A DNA stretch of 64,000 nt from the human T2T-CHM13v2.0 reference genome, Homo sapiens (GCF_009914755.1 NC_060941.1); one strand, 5' to 3'; positions 1-31,566 are shown, counted from the first letter of the stretch. A program made the numbers and translations. The notes: generated by a model not told the origin, from the letters alone.

Positions 1-17
1 GGACAAAAGAAAAAAAG

Positions 18-349
<332 letters not shown>

Positions 350-1074
350 CTCTAGCCTGGTGCAAGGGTCCCCTGTAAGCTCTGCATGGAGCCCCTGCCT
401 GCACCTGGACACCTCTGGTGACAGAGACCTCCATCATAAGATTGCTGTGACAGGGAGAAAGTTCATTATAGTGACCTACATCCAGGTCCTTGTCACTTCC
501 GTCCATTGCTCCTGCTGGCCCCCTGCTTTCCTGCAGTATATCCTGGATTAACTCCCTGATCTCTCTGTGAATCTGCTGACCTCTGCATTCCTTGGAAGAG
601 AAATCAGTCTGACCTCGTTGCTTCTGGAACCAGCTGGGATGAGAGGGTAGTTTGATCAGGTGATCCTAGCGGCCTCTTAAGTCTCTCAGAGAGCACTGGC
701 CAGGAAAGAAAGCAGTACTGGCCACCATATGCTCCAGGCTGATCCTAGCAGTGCAACCACATTGCACAACTCCAGGGGGTGCCTTCTGGTGTTGTGCATT
801 GTGGGCAACCATGGCCCAGGAGCCACATGCCTGTGACTCCTGAGTCCCTGACATGCTCTGGTTTTCTCAGAACTAATTAATGTGAGAGCAAGGACAGTGG
901 CTGCAGTGGCCACAAGAGGCATCTGGGTCTCCATTCATTATTACACCATGGCTGAAACAAGAGGTGGTCTGTGAGGAGGGGTTGAAAGGGCAGCGTGACC
1001 TTGTCAGGTCATTCCAGCCCAAGACAGGAACCAGTCCCAGCGTCTGCTTCTACAAGGCTTCCTGTGTTAAGGGG

Positions 1075-1640
1075 ACTTCATTCACCAATTGTTTGTTCAT
1101 TTCATGTTTATTGAGCACCTGTTATGTGCCATGCAGAAACAACCAAGTCACAGCCTTTGCTCTTAAGGAGCTCAGAGTTTGATGAGGCTGATGTGAGAAG
1201 AGCTAGGAGCATAGTGAGATGACAGGAACATAGAGAAGTGATCTCCCATCTCAGGCAAAGGGAGGGCTGGGAAGTGGCTGTACAGAGGAAGCCATGTTCG
1301 AGCTGGGCCTTGTAGGGTGAGTAGGAGCTCATCCAGCAAATAGGGCAGGGGGACATTAAGGGCTGGCAGCAATGTAACAGTGTAGGTCACATCAAAGGAA
1401 GGGTTGGTAGGGCTGTATTTCCACAGTGAGGGCTGTGTTGGGGTTGGGGTCAGGGCAGAGCAGGGCAGTAGGCTGGGAAAGTTGGGGCTGGGTTATGAAG
1501 AGCCCCATGTGCTGAACTGGGGAACTTGTGCTTTATCCTGGTGGGTGCTGGGGCATGCAAGCTTCTGAGCAAAGCTGGGTGAGGATCAGATTCCTGCTTC
1601 AGAATGGTGGCTCTGGAGGAGAGACCCGGGCTGGGGCAAG
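1075..1640 (-). mobile_element. L2 remnant (other L2/MIR pieces at ~32150-32240, 42900-43250, 43600-43790, 47420-47790)
   Basis: ttcatttcatgtttattgagcacctgttatgtgcca, the L2 3'-end signature. Confidence 0.6.
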
Positions 1641-2799
1641 GGTGGAGGCAGGAAACCCTATTAGGAGGGGCAGGAGGGCCCAGAGAGGGCAGAATGAGGG
1701 CCTGCCGGAGGAGGAGGAGGAGTTGGCTTTGGGAGCCATTTCAAAAGAATCCAGGACTTGGCTGTGGGTGGAGGAGAGAGGGAGGAGTCACAAGACCGCC
1801 CTAAGGTGAGCAGTGTGAATGGAGGCAGTTTGGGGCAGGGGTAGGTAGGATGCTGTGGTTCCGGATAGGTGAGTTTTAAGAGCCTACAGACACCCAGGTA
1901 GAAATGGATTCTCAATGGGAAGAAGAGTCCCGGAGCTCAAGTGAGTGTGGTGTTGGACAGGGAGGCCTGGATAGCAGCGCTGCTTGGGAATGGTATTTTC
2001 TAGGGAACACGAACAGAGAAGGCAAAGGGGCCAAAAACAGTCCTGGGAACACTGAGTCTCAGTGGGGAAGGCAGGGGCGGGGCGGGGGGCGGGCAAGAAG
2101 AACCTCCCAAGAGGCAGAGGAGAGGCCAGAAGGGCGGATGAAAACCAGCTTCCAGAAGGCCATGGGCGGCAGCATGGGCCCTCCTGGGAAAGTGTGAAAG
2201 GCCAAGGCCCCAAAACACCACAGGGTGTAGCAGTGAGGGCTGGTTCAGGTGAGAACAGCGGCATGAAGTTGCCCAACTTGGGGTTGGAAATCACAGTTTG
2301 GGAGCGGCTCCAATCCAAACCATGACACCATACGGGATCTTTCAGCCACTTGCAGGGGCGGAGCTGGCGGCGGGATTGACCTGGGATTGGGGATTGGCGG
2401 GGTGGGGAGCTGGTGGGGTCCGGCGGAAAGGGGAGGACGTGAACTTGGGCGGGTTGCCCTGGAGAGGCCTGTAGATGCTGGGCAGGTGGGAAGGCAGGTT
2501 TCCAGGTGGCAGCGGGTGGAGAGGAGGTGGGGGACTTGTGGTCAGAGAGCGCCCCTGGCGGGGATTTGGGGATCAGCATGCAGGAAGCTCTGGTGATGAC
2601 ACCCCAGGGGCGTGTGTGAAACGGATTCAGGCTGCCAAGCGTTATTCACTGTGGAGAGATTGTCATCACCAGAGCCGTGTCTAAAGGATTTAGCCAGGGC
2701 TGGATACGGAAAACAGAATGGAAGGGGGCTTTGGGAGACCAGCCCACCTCACAAGAAAGAGCTGAGAGCCTAGATTTGGGCCAGCGGGGGTAGTCTCTG

Positions 2800-4035
2800 G
2801 ACGGAGGGCGGCACGGGGCTGGAGGAGGAGCGTTTTATGATGCGGCCGTGGGTGCTGGCCTTGGCTGGGGCTTGTGGCGACTGGGTGCCGTGACGTGGGG
2901 GTGGACCGGGTAGAGCGGGGTCGGCAGGGGGCCGAGTCCGGGCGCCCCCCGCATCCTGACCTGTCTCCCACACAGGGTTCGTGGGCCCCCAAGAAGGAGC
3001 CGTACGCCCGGGAGATGCTGGCGATCTCCTTCATCTCGGCCGTCAACCGCAAGCGCAAGAAGCGGCGGGAGGCGCGGGGGCTGGGCAGCAGCACCGACGA
3101 CGACTCGGAGCAGGAGGCGCACAAGCCTGGGGCGGGGGCCACAGCGCCGGGGACTCAGGAGCGGCCGCAGGGGCCGCTGCCTGGCGCCGTCGCCCCCGAG
3201 GCCCCCGGACGCCTCAGTCCCCCGGCGGCGCCGGAGGAGCGGCCGGCCGCGGACACGCGCTCCATTGTGTCGGGCTACTCCACCCTGTCCACCATGGACC
3301 GCAGCGTGTGCTCGGGCGCTAGCGGTCGGCGGGCAGGGGCGGGGGACGAGGCGGACGACGAGCGTAGCGAGCTGAGCCACGTGGAGACGGACACTGAGGG
3401 CGCGGCGGGCGCGGGGCCTGGGGGGCGCCTGACACGCCGGCCGTCCTTCAGCTCGCACCACCTCATGCCCTGCGACACTCTGGCGCGCCGCCGCCTGGCC
3501 CGGGGCCGCCCAGACGGCGAGGGCGCGGGCCGGGGCGGTCCCCGCGCCCCGGAGCCGCCCGGCTCGGCGTCGTCCAGCAGCCAGGAGTCGCTGCGGCCCC
3601 CGGCGGCGGCGCTGGCCTCCCGGCCCTCGCGCATGGAGGCGCTGCGTCTAAGGCTCCGCGGCACGGCGGACGACATGCTCGCCGTGCGCCTGCGGCGGCC
3701 GCTGTCGCCCGAGACCCGGCGGCGCCGGAGCAGCTGGCGCCGCCACACCGTGGTGGTGCAGAGCCCGCTGACTGACCTCAACTTCAACGAGTGGAAGGAG
3801 CTGGGCGGAGGGGGCCCCCCGGAGCCTGCGGGCGCGCGGGCGCACAGTGACAACAAGGACTCCGGACTCAGCAGCCTGGAGTCCACCAAGGCGCGGGCCC
3901 CGTCGTCCGCTGCCTCGCAGCCGCCCGCGCCCGGGGACACGGGGTCCCTGCAGAGCCAGCCCCCGCGCCGCTCGGCCGCCTCCCGCCTGCATCAGTGTCT
4001 GTGATCCCCACCTCCCGCGCCGCTCGGGCGCCACC
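2800..4035. promoter_or_regulatory. Intragenic CpG island over the ARHGAP23 last exon
   Basis: Very high GC content and dense CpG dinucleotides throughout. Confidence 0.85.
2976..4004 (+). CDS. ARHGAP23: Rho GTPase-activating protein 23, last coding exon ([31 protein letters not shown]...[12 protein letters not shown])
   Basis: Acceptor ctgtctcccacacag|GGT at 2975/2976, in frame with ORF 2874..4004. The peptide is recognised as the ARHGAP23 C-terminal region (ARHGAP21-like GSW...RKRKK and RRHT motifs). TGA at 4002-4004. Confidence 0.93.
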   Translation, partial: GSWAPKKEPYAREMLAISFISAVNRKRKKRREARGLGSSTDDDSEQEAHKPGAGATAPGTQERPQGPLPGAVAPEAPGRLSPPAAPEERPAADTRSIVSGYSTLSTMDRSVCSGASGRRAGAGDEADDERSELSHVETDTEGAAGAGPGGRLTRRPSFSSHHLMPCDTLARRRLARGRPDGEGAGRGGPRAPEPPGSASSSSQESLRPPAAALASRPSRMEALRLRLRGTADDMLAVRLRRPLSPETRRRRSSWRRHTVVVQSPLTDLNFNEWKELGGGGPPEPAGARAHSDNKDSGLSSLESTKARAPSSAASQPPAPGDTGSLQSQPPRRSAASRLHQCL

Positions 4036-5425
4036 CCTCCCTAGAGCCCCTTTGGAACCAGGAGGCTTCACCAGCCTGCACCTCCTCTTCTGTGGCCCCT
4101 GGGTGCATGGTGTGGGTGGAGGGCGCAGCAGGCAGTGTCTCTAGTTGGTGTGCTGGAACTGGCAGGGCAGAGGAGAAGGCTGGGGCCGGACTAATTGAAT
4201 GGAAGGGGGTTCCAGAGGTGATGAGCAGAAGAGGAGGGGGCGTGGGCTGCTGGGGTCTGTGTCCCTGCACACATGCGCCCGATAGGTCCTTCTGAGCCTT
4301 TCTGTGGCTGCACTTGGGGACCCTTGTGGACCATGGGGTGTGGCTAGGGAACCCCTAAGTTTCAGACTAAAGGAAAGATCCTGGGTGATGCTGGCTTTTT
4401 GCTTCTTTCTTCTGCCCTCCCACCTCAGCTTGTAAGCGGGGATGTGTGTATGTCTGGGGAGAGGAGGTGTAGGGTGCGTATGTCCATGGGGGGAGGGGCT
4501 TGTGTGTGCAGTCATTGTCCCAAGGTGTTTCCAGTAGCGACTTCTGTCCCCCTATCCCCACCCTGGTCCCCACTTTGCGCCCCCGGGCTCCCTGCCTTTG
4601 GTGCACACAGGATCCTGCCCGCCCCCCTTGCCAGAGCCAGAGAAGGGGGTTGGGGCCATTCCAAGGAGGCAGGACTGAAACCCTCACCAGGGTTACTCCC
4701 CAACATCCTTTTGCCTGAGTCACCCTCTAAGCGCTTTAACCACGGGCAGCTGCCTGTTCCCCAGACAGTTTTTGGTGGGGGGGGTCCAGGGTCCCCCTTG
4801 CTGGTACCTCCCTCACCCCTCTTTTTGTTTTTCCATCTGTGCCTGTTCCTTCCACAGCCCAGGCACACAGAAGCCCACCTTCTTCCCCTTAGGAGGAGGG
4901 ATAGTCAACACCCCTGCTGTCTCTCTGTCACTCACACACTGATTTATGGGGTCTGAGCTGGGCTGTTCCTGCAGGATGGACAGGACCCAGCGCCCTCTTC
5001 TCCCCACAGGCTGTAAATAGACTTCCAATCACCAGGCCAGCCCCCACACACCCTCACTCATTCCAGGGAAGCCCAGGTAGGTGGTGAACCCGCTGCCACG
5101 TCTATCAGTCCTCTTGTTTTATGCAAAGATTTACTGTAAAGTAGATTTCTTTCCCTCCCTCCCCCATTCTTTTATTGTAAATATTGTCTCTAAATGTGTA
5201 ACATATTATAAAGAATTTATAAGGATTTTTAAAGATGTTTTGCTCATTTACAAAAGTGTTGTAACAGTGTTGGACAAAGCCTTCCACCCCATGTCCGCAT
5301 GGCTCCTTTCACTGTGTCCTTGACACACCTCTCTGGCAACAACTAAAATTTCCTGCTTCTGAAAAGTCCTGTCTTAAAAGTACAGTCTATATCTTGGAAA
5401 TAAATAGCTTTCCTCAAGGCATGAG
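4005..5425 (+). other. ARHGAP23: ARHGAP23 3'UTR
   Basis: Follows the stop codon, has an AU-rich block at ~5115-5265 and ends after AATAAA. The cleavage site is estimated. Confidence 0.8.
5399..5404 (+). terminator. ARHGAP23: Poly(A) signal of ARHGAP23
   Basis: AATAAA with a downstream GU/U-rich element (ttgttttgg, ~5439-5448). Confidence 0.8.
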
Positions 5426-5993
5426 TCAGCTGTCTCACTTGTTTTGGAGGGAAAGGGCCAGAGTGGGGCTGGGAGACAGGAGAGGTACCTGGCCCAGGGA
5501 AGGAGGGCGATGGGGACTGGACCAAGGGGTGGCAGGACGGAGGCAGACTTTTTCCTGGTGACCTTTTTGTAAGTGTCCTGGGGGACTGGTCAATGACACA
5601 GGGACAGATATGAGTTGGAAGAGTGGGTGGCCCTCATTGCTGTGCGAAGTTTCCAGGCACCTGCTCTCTATTCCTACAGAGCCCAGGCAGGTGCACAGGC
5701 ACCTTCTCAGGCCTACCTGGAGCTTCACAATGGTTCCAGCAGTCCTGCCCCGCAGACAGGAGGCTTGGGCCAGCTGTCGTAGGCACTCCAGGCCCAGATA
5801 ATATTGCAAAAGGACAGAATGGGTTTTGCCCGTTGTCCCCTTCACATGTGTAAGCTTACAACATGGGGTGGGCGTCCTTCTGTGCCGGCGGTTGCTTTGT
5901 AGTTGCCCCAGCCAGTTTACAGGCTGCCTCTGCTGAGCCTCGCAGCTTTCTGTAGGAAGACCAGGTGACAGTCATTAAAGGGAATCTAGGGAG

Positions 5994-6106
5994 GGCTGGG
6001 GCAGTGGCTCACGTCTGTAATCGCAGCACTTTGGGAGGCCAAGGCGGGAGCCCAGGAATTTAAGACCAGCCTGGGCAACATAGTATAGTCCCTCCCCCTC
6101 CTCTAT

Positions 6107-6168
<62 letters not shown>

Positions 6169-6185
6169 AATCTGTATATATATAA
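5994..6185 (+). mobile_element. Alu monomer (FLAM-like) with a (TA)n tail
   Basis: Left-arm sequence, then (TA)n at ~6110-6165. Flanking duplication taaag(g/a)gaatctagggag at 5976 and 6183. Confidence 0.8.
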
Positions 6186-6281
6186 AGAGAATCTAGGGAG
6201 GAGCCCAGGAGCTGGGAAGAGCTCAGTTGCTCACTGAATCCTATGCCCCACCCTCCCAAGTTGTTTCTGTTGGGCAAATGA

Positions 6282-23042
<16,761 letters not shown>

Positions 23043-23109
23043 TGAAGCAGAGAAATAATGAGACATCAGCCTATAGGAAGGAGATCCAGGAGAGGAAAAA
23101 GAAACAAGT

Positions 23110-23115
23110 TTTATT
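23110..23115 (-). terminator. SRCIN1: Poly(A) signal of SRCIN1
   Basis: tttatt on + is AATAAA on -, followed by U-rich sequence (cttgtttctttttcc). Confidence 0.8.
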
Positions 23116-25468
23116 AAAGCCCCAAACACTTGGCTAGAAAAACTGAAAAGGAAAGAGAGCAGGGAGCGGGGGAGAAGAAAAAAGGACATTAAAAAAGAGA
23201 GACAGAGAAAACACAGCAACCCTTTTCCATTTAGAAATTGTCAAGTTACACCGACAGAGGTCACAGAATATCCACAGAAGCCATCACTGCTACACCAACA
23301 TGGGCCCTACAGGGTGGATGGGGCAGGGTGTGGAGCCGGGGCTCACCCCGGGGGGCCCCCTGGGGACCCCACTCAGAGCCTCAGGCCTGAGGCTCCTGGG
23401 GAAACAGCATATTGTGGAAGGGGCAGGAAATCCCCCATGCGAGTAACACAGCACAGTGGGCGGGGGCTGAGAGGACCAGGTACAGGGGTCCCCCGAGACG
23501 TCTTAGTTTTCTCTTGGTCAAGCACACACTGATGGACAGAGCAGCGAGGCGCATGCAGCTGGGGGCACTGATGTGCTGCAGGCTGTGAGAGGGCCAGCGG
23601 GGACGGGGGCTCAGGAAGGGATCTGGAGCCAGTGGTGCAGGGATGATGGAACACACGCACACAGAGGCACACCCACACACTTGGGTCTGCACCAGCACAC
23701 ATACCTGCACACACACACTCGGAGACACAGATTACATGCACCTCCATGTATGCGTCTCTATCCACATGTACGTGGCCCACACACAAGTCTCTGGCTCTCG
23801 GCATGTCTGCACACACATTACACATGTTCTCACACACAAAGCTCCTCTCACGCTAACATGCAGGTAGGCACGTGCCAATGCCCAAACAGGTTACATGCAC
23901 CTATGTGCCCACGCCTTCCCCCACACATGTGCTCGGCCATGCCTGTGGGTGCAGGCCCCATGCGTCTGCACACACAGTGCATGGGCTTGTGCCAGCACAC
24001 ACACAGGCTGCACGCAATTCCACACGGATGCCTCCCAGCCCATAAATGTGCAGGAACCAAAGAGAAAGAAAGATGCAAATCCCACTGGGCTTCACCCGAG
24101 CGGGTGGGGCGGGGCACGTGGCTCCCTCCTTCTGCCCCTTCGTGGATGGACACTGCCCCCCCCACCTCCCCCACAAAGGGACATTCAACTCAGGACAATG
24201 ACGGTGGGGCACACATTCCAGTCACAGGGCTGAGGGTGGGAGCTGGGGGCAAGCGAAGTAGCAAGCAGAGAGTAATGGAGTGGAGGGAGGAGGGGGCACC
24301 ACTCCCCCCTCCCCTCCCAAGTCAGGGGGTCTCTGTACAGCCAAATCAAACCAGACCATTTCACTGGGACCACAGAAGCCAGGCCGACGTGCCCGCCCCC
24401 CAGCCCCCCTCCCCCGCCAAAACAGTGGCCAGGGAGAGTGCCGTGGTTTTCTTTTTTTTTTCTTTTTTAAATATTTATATATATTTATATTACGTATATT
24501 ATATATATAATATGTAAATATATTTTTAAAACAATATAAAATGTTAAGACACTTCACTTAAATGTAAAGAGTTGCCTGCAATTAAAAGTAATTGCATCAT
24601 TTATGAGGTCCTTTTTTTTTTTTCTATTTTCCAGGGTTTTTTTTTTTTTCCAGGAGGGATTTTTTTTTTCCTCTTTTGTTATTTTTCAAAAAGGCTTGCT
24701 CGCCTTGGTACAAAAATGATCCAAAGCTAGAAAACAAGGATGAACCAACAAAGGCAAAAACAAAAAAAGAAATGAAGAAACACAACCCGTTTCCCCTCCC
24801 CCCAAACCTTCAACAGCTCCCAGCTCTCCCCAGGTGCGGACCTTCCCCAGCCAGGCCCCAGGGTCTGGGGGGCTCTGCCTTCTGCGCAGCTCCTCCTTTC
24901 TGTGCTTGCTATGGGGGACTGATTCTAGTCCCCCTCCCCTGTGCTTACTTCACTTTGTGCTCCAAGTGGGAATCCTGCGGCCGGGGACCCCGCTCCTCCT
25001 CCTCCTCTTCTCCTATCCTCTCCCTACCGGCTCCTCACTGTGCCCTCTGGGGGGCCAGGAGTGAGAACCAAAATTGGCCTCTCTCTGCCTCCCCAGGACC
25101 CGGCCAAAAGCCAGGCGGCACTGCCAACCGCCTCTGCAGGGCAGGCAGGGCGTCCACAGGCCAGGGGCGCTGGCTGGATGGTCAGGCCTCAGGGACCTTC
25201 AGACATCTCACCAGGGTCACCAGAGCCCCATTGAAAAACTACGTCTCATCCTTTCCTGGGAAAACCCTCAAATTGCCAAGAGGATGACTGAAGTTCAAGT
25301 CACCCCACCTGCGGGTCCCAGGTGTCTTCAGTGCTCCCCGTCAAGCCCCTCTCGACCCTCCCATTTCCCTCAAACCAGACCCTTCCCCCAACTGCAAGCC
25401 ACAAAACCTGGTTTTCTAGGCCCCTCACTCTTGCCCACCCCATCCCCATTCAATAAGTTAATGCCATT

Positions 25469-25476
25469 TAAAGTGC
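25469..25476 (-). promoter_or_regulatory. miR-17/20/93/106 family 8mer seed match in the SRCIN1 3'UTR
   Basis: taaagtgc on + is GCACUUUA in the mRNA, in an AU-rich context. Motif match only. Confidence 0.5.
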
Positions 25477-26357
25477 TAAATCAGGAAACTAAAAGTACCA
25501 AATACCCGTCCGGGCCGCCCTCTCCCAAGGCAGTGTCCCCGATATCCGGCTGTCCGTGCAACCCACCCTCCACAGCCAGCAGACCAAAGGGCCTCTGCCC
25601 TCCACTCCCCACTGGACGGCAAGGCCCAGGAGGCCAGCGCCTCCCCAGGGATACAGACTCCATGGCCTCACACCCACCCTGAGGCCTCTCAAACTCCGGC
25701 CTCGTCTCCAGCCTGTCCGTCTCTACTCCAGGCCCACTTGGGTGTGAGTGGGAGGAGGCAGAGCAGCCACAGAGGAAGTCACAGTCTTGTCGGAGCTTAG
25801 ACAGGGAGTGGGGCATCTCCAAGGCCAGTCTCCCTAAGCCCCGCTCTCTGGCTTGATGTATGGGTTGGTCCGATGTCCCCGCGTTCCTCCAGGAAGGTAT
25901 CGAGAAACGGGAGAGGGGTCTCCCACTGCTCCAAGTCTCCGTGGTTCAGAGTTTGTTTGGAGTATTCTTGGGAAGTGAGGGGAAGGCGGGAAGGGGGTGC
26001 AGGAGCTTCAGGATGGACTGGGGGAAAGAGTGGTGAAAGAGAAGAAGGAGAGATGTGACAGGTGCGGCCAGCGAGAGGCCAGCTGGGATCAAGGAAGGTG
26101 GTGTGTTTGGTTTTTAGTTTTACTGTTTAAAAAAAGATAATTAAAAGTTAATTGTTAAAAAAAAAAAAAAAAACAAAACCAAAAACACCAACAGATGATG
26201 GGTAGGGGTCGCTGAGGAGGGCCGCACCCTCCTCTTCAGGGCACACCCCTCAGGGCGTCTGGAGAGTAGGGTGGGGTGGGGTGGAGATGAAGGAAGAGAG
26301 GGGAGAAATGGCAGGAGTGAGGGAGGGGGACAGGCGGGGCAGCGGGGTGAGGGGCTT

Positions 26358-26492
26358 CTAGAAGGAGATGGAAGAATTCCTTGCCCCAAAGGAAGTCAAT
26401 ACAGGGATAGAGGTTCTGGAAGCCGAGGGCTTTTCTGAGACTGGGCTCGAGGTCTCATTCGACCCGCTCATCTCTTTAGATGGTTTAGTGGC
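26358..26492 (-). CDS. SRCIN1: SRCIN1 last coding exon ATKPSKEMSGSNETSSPVSEKPSASRTSIPVLTSFGARNSSISF*
   Basis: tttttgttccag|GCC...TTC TAG; 44 aa plus stop; contains TSIP (SxIP consensus). Not in the ORF track. Confidence 0.93.
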   Translation of the reverse strand, partial: ATKPSKEMSGSNETSSPVSEKPSASRTSIPVLTSFGARNSSISF

Positions 26493-27280
26493 CTGGAACA
26501 AAAACAGGGGTCAGGGGTCAGAGAGCGGAAGGGAGCGCCTCCATGCTGGCCCCCAGCTGAAGTTTTAAAAGTGGAAAACCTCCACAAATCCAAGGAAATT
26601 AACTGCAAAAGGAAGAAGCCAGAGGGGCATCTGGAGAGAGGGGTCCCTTGAATGGTGGAGGGGTGGGGGCAGAAAAGGGGGGGGAGGGGGCACGAGGTTG
26701 GACAAAGGGCCTGGGTGGTCAGAGGGCAGGCCCATAGTTACTGAGAGCAGAGAGAGAAGCAGAGCGACCAGAGAAGCACAGAAGAGGCCGCGCCCAGGAT
26801 GGGCAGATGGGGAGGTGGGGGTGGGGGAGGGCAGGGGAGGGGAGGAAGAAGTGAAACATTAGCTGGGACAGGGGCACAAGCCCTGCGGGGGACGGGGGTC
26901 AGGGTGGGGAAAGGCTCCTAGTCCCAAATGGCCCGCTGTACAGCCAGAGCCCCTTCCAGCTTCATCCTGGTGGCAACAGAGGAGGGGGCTTATCCTCCCA
27001 GGGGGGAATAAACACTTCAAAGACCCCGTCCACCACCACCACCACCACCACCTGGAAATCTGAGAAGAAGGCGCTGCCGCACCAGCCTCCCGCCCAGTGC
27101 AGGAGGCCCCACTGCATGCCCTGCAAGCACTTGTCGCCCCAGTTGGTAACAGGAGGCTACTCCCTCATGACTTGTCCTGCCCTCACTGGTCAGTTCTAGT
27201 GGTCAGAACTGACCCCTCATCCTCCTCCCACCTTCGGTGGACTCCCGCAACTCCACCGGTCCTGGAGGCTTTTCCTCTGC

Positions 27281-27478
27281 AGCTGCGGTCTCCAAAGTGC
27301 GGTTTGAGAGCTACGTGCATTACCTCATCACCTCCAGGGGCCACCCTCTGGCATGCATCGTGAATGCAGATTCCTGGGCTCCCCTCCAGAATCCATCTCT
27401 TGTGTGGGCTCATGAATGTGCATTTTAAGCAGGTGCCCCAGGTGCCTCTGCTGCACACTTACCTTTGAGATCCACTGG
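27281..27478. mobile_element. MER5-like hAT-Charlie remnant (similar copies at ~42476-42643 and ~59620-59815)
   Basis: aatgcagattcctgggc...tgcattttaa...tttgagatccactg pattern. Confidence 0.6.
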
Positions 27479-27906
27479 ATTAAGGCTACACAGACCCAGG
27501 TTTCTCCTTGTAATTGTACCCACTGTCCCTCCTGGCCTTGCTTAGCTACTAGTGTGAGAACTGAATCACCCAGATTTAAAAAAAGATCCAAAAGATAAGA
27601 CAGGGCGCTGTGGCGAGTCACCAGAGACCACCCTGAGGTTAGGTCTGGGCAGGGTCGTTCACTTCCCTCTACTATCACCCTGCTGCTACGGAGTTTTCTC
27701 AGATGCCTTGCAGAGGAGAAGCTAGAGTCTAAAGCAAGCCCTGTCTCCAGCAGCCTGCCCAGCTCACAGTAAAGAACCAGCGCTGGCTGCAATCACCATT
27801 TCTCCTTTACAGGTGCACAGATGGTTGGTTCCACGATTCACCTGGGTTTTGCTCACTACAGTGTAGTTTGCCATCTACATTTCCCTTTTATGAGAATCAA
27901 AACAAG

Positions 27907-28567
<661 letters not shown>

Positions 28568-29963
28568 CTGTTTGGGTTTTCTAACCCCTCTCCTCTGCTC
28601 ATCCATTACTCAAGGGAGTTCTAGGGGGTCCAGGGCCCAGCCACAGGGTCGTCAGATTCACGCAGTCCTCAGCATGTGTCAGGCATGGCCCCTGCCCTCT
28701 CTGTGCCCCCAGTACCTGGGCCTGGAGACAAACTCATCCAACGGGAACCAGAGGCTCTCTGACCACTGTGTCACTTACCTTGGGCTCAGTCCTGCCTCTC
28801 CTCTGCTCTAGCCTTTCCCATTTAAAGTTCTTTCCCCCAAAGCCAGGTGAGAGGGAAGCACTGCCCAGTTCCCCCTGATGTCTCTTCACACCTCACCATG
28901 TCCCCCGGCAAGGTGCTGATTCTCCCCGGTTGTCCTTTTCCCTCTGAACTGATCTTTCTAGGTAAAAGCTGCTTTTTCTGCTCCTACCCCTTCAGCATTT
29001 TTCAAGAGCCTCATTCTATTCCAAGTTTTGGTCTTGGGAACACTTGTCTTCCGGCACCACCACCTGGCTTCTGTATTCAGGCAGGTGATGTGCCTTCACC
29101 CAGTTGAGGTACCCCTTCTCCCCCCAACAGCCAGTGCAAGACCTTTAGACATCCAGCTTCACCAGTTTATGGGGATGCCTCGTCCCCGTCCCGCTTCTTC
29201 ATGGAGACCACTTCTGCAACATGTGCTTTCTAAAATCCTCTCGGGTCATCTTCCCTCCCGGGAGACTCTGGACACACCATCCACAATCCACTCTCCTGAA
29301 GTTGAGGGAGCACGTCCAGCTGTGCCCGGTGACCCCAGCCTGTGCTGCTAACCCTTCTCAGGTGACACAGCTGCTGTCTCTGAAGGTTCCTGTCATTTCC
29401 TTTCACCCATCATCCTCCCCTGCTGATTCCAATTATGTCCAGAGAAGCAGAACTTTGTTACCTTCGTGGCAAGGCAGAAACCTCACACATGTCCAGCTTT
29501 CAGCTGGGGGAGGCATGGAGCACTGAGCTGGTCCCAGAGGGCACCACCCTGCACACCTCCCTCTTGCCTGGGGATCAGAGCCGGCCACCTGCTCTCGCCA
29601 GGTCCATGTTCCCGAGGCCCTTCACATTCTGACGCCCAGATGTCCAGACAAGTGTGGAACCTCTCGACTCTACAGACCCCGCTGACTCCACCTCCAGGGC
29701 CATTCCCAGGGCCACCCTCCCTAGCCCCCATGCCCTCCTTCCTTGCTAAGCCCTGCCTGGGTCAGGTATTGAACCATCAGGAGAAGCTGGGCTTTCCCCA
29801 GCCCAGAGTGGGGGATGTGGGGATCATGACAAAATCTATGGCAATTGGAGAAATTCCTTTCTCCTTGCCAGTGACTGATTTAGGAATGGGCAGTGAGATA
29901 AGAGGTGTGGTCTGTTGGAGGCTTCTGGGAAAGATTCTCCAGCTTCTAAAAACAGCTGTGTGA

Positions 29964-31566
<1,603 letters not shown>

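Larger units (their letters stand above)
23090..26357 (-). other. SRCIN1: SRCIN1 3'UTR (~3.2 kb)
   Basis: Alu-free stretch from the stop codon to AATAAA, with AU-rich and UG-rich blocks. The end is estimated. Confidence 0.8.

Noticed and set aside
2874-2975. N-terminal part of the 376-aa ORF
   Set aside because: Begins at a GTG in intronic sequence upstream of the acceptor at 2975.
3990-4004. C-terminal HQCL as a prenylation signal
   Set aside because: The Cys is second from the end, not fourth, so this is not a CaaX box.
2690-4071. Several overlapping minus-strand and alternate-frame ORFs over the ARHGAP23 exon
   Set aside because: Shadow ORFs of a very GC-rich coding exon.
23573-24517. 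314-aa His/Thr-rich ORF on the + strand
   Set aside because: Antisense to the SRCIN1 3'UTR and explained by CA-rich low complexity that lacks stop codons. No recognisable domain.
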